Positions 62,977-64,000 of a DNA stretch of 64,000 nucleotides are shown here, piece after piece (position 1 is the first letter of the stretch; each line of letters opens with the position of its first letter). Position numbers and translations under genes: made by a program. Where the stretch lies: NCBI GenBank assembly GCA_977862235.1, contig OZ374557.1:3906001-3970000 (forward strand). Direction: 5' to 3'. The notes beneath the pieces are model-generated. The model had not been told where the DNA came from. It made no database searches and was given only the letters and a program-made list of their open reading frames with translations. The stretch is from Dudresnaya verticillata (Eukaryota).

Positions 62977-64000
62977 CGCACTGCTCACCCGTACATCGCA
63001 CATCCAGCACGCTCGCGCCTTCACCCCTTGCACATCCCGTCCACAACGAGTAATGAGGAGGTCAACCTTCGACCTGCGACCCAACCTCTCGTTGTCACAG
63101 CTGCCGGGCCGGGTGCCTCTATCCCCAGAACGCAACACCAATGATGAAGGATCAGTGTGTATCGTCGCCCTACCGAGTCTTGTGTGCACATCCCGTCCTA
63201 GTTCGATCGCTCGTCCATGCTGTCGCGCTATTGCGTGTAGAAAGGGGCTGTGCAGCATTGCAAGTCGCCGATCGCTACGCAATGCACAACCGAATCACGA
63301 GCATGGCACGGTTCAAGTGCGATCCACCACGCATGTGCTGCCATCGTGCCGTACTCGAGTTTGGGCCCAGACGACGGCACGCCTTGCTGCGACGTACATC
63401 CACAACAGTATACGCCTCGCAACATGGTCGATCTTTCAGCTTCCGAAAGGCGGTTCGGGCTCCCGCGTCCTTCTGCTTCAACCGCATTGAGTTGCTGCAC
63501 ACAGATCGAGATTGGAATGGTGGTAAAGAAAGACAGACAATGCTCGTCCGGGTAGGAATCGGTGGTTTCGCTTATAGGCACACCAGCTATGTTATTCGTG
63601 TTCACCAATGCCTTGAATTCGCCAACCAGGTAGAAAACGATAAACCAAGAAACTCAGCAACAGGCGGCGGCTGAACTCCCAAATGCGAACGACATCGCTC
63701 GCGTACTGGACATAGGATCGCATCGAATGTTACGAGGGCAGTTTTAAGTGAGAACCGAAACTACTTGGACTAACGGCATCGGAAATCTACTTCGCATGAA
63801 AAGCGTAGACGAGAGATATCCGGGGATTCAGTCGAGGTCACAGGAACCGGAAGCCATAGTTATGTCGCACATGAAGTTACATGTGAGCTGACAGAGCAAG
63901 ATGACAAGAAACAGCGACTTGTGAGGCCAGTGCAACCGAGGCGCAATCGCTGGAAAGCCCCCCTCTTTGCTCTGCAACAGACGTTGAGAGATCTGCAGCT

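Noticed and set aside
62200..64000. ORFs around the C30 tract
   Set aside because: Mostly non-ATG starts, poly-Pro/Gly arising from the homopolymer, and no domain.

Overview
Gene-dense eukaryotic nuclear DNA. It is most consistent with a florideophyte red alga, which is an inference from several signs: mostly intronless genes, a few 90-160 nt GT-AG introns with CTAAC branch points, nuclear genes for plastid Tic22/IF1 with red-algal-type transit peptides, a Golgi-type carbohydrate sulfotransferase and a Hog/Hint-domain relic. About 32 protein-coding genes are supported, mostly in head-to-head pairs: RlmH, HPRT, Tic22, RRP42, PCNA, ZMAT2/Snu23, PRP31, MED4, organellar S14, an AT-hook protein, an SDR, plastid IF1, a CKAP2-like protein, BAP31, LIN54/TSO1, V-ATPase F, REV1, a sulfotransferase, RPL35, a class I aminotransferase, a TPR-DnaJ protein, GT61, an MJ1316-domain protein, a Gfo/Idh/MocA oxidoreductase and several orphans. 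I found no rRNA, tRNA, snRNA, CRISPR array or intact transposon. The main leads are a decayed Hedgehog-type Hint gene beside a nested inverted-repeat block, an SDR lacking its catalytic Tyr/Lys, a REV1 without BRCT, a TPR-(REAMQ)13-J-domain fusion, a stand-alone MJ1316 domain, clustered E2F/CHR motifs at cell-cycle genes, and introns with distant branch points that use the first downstream AG. All family calls come from motif recognition by eye, not database searches.
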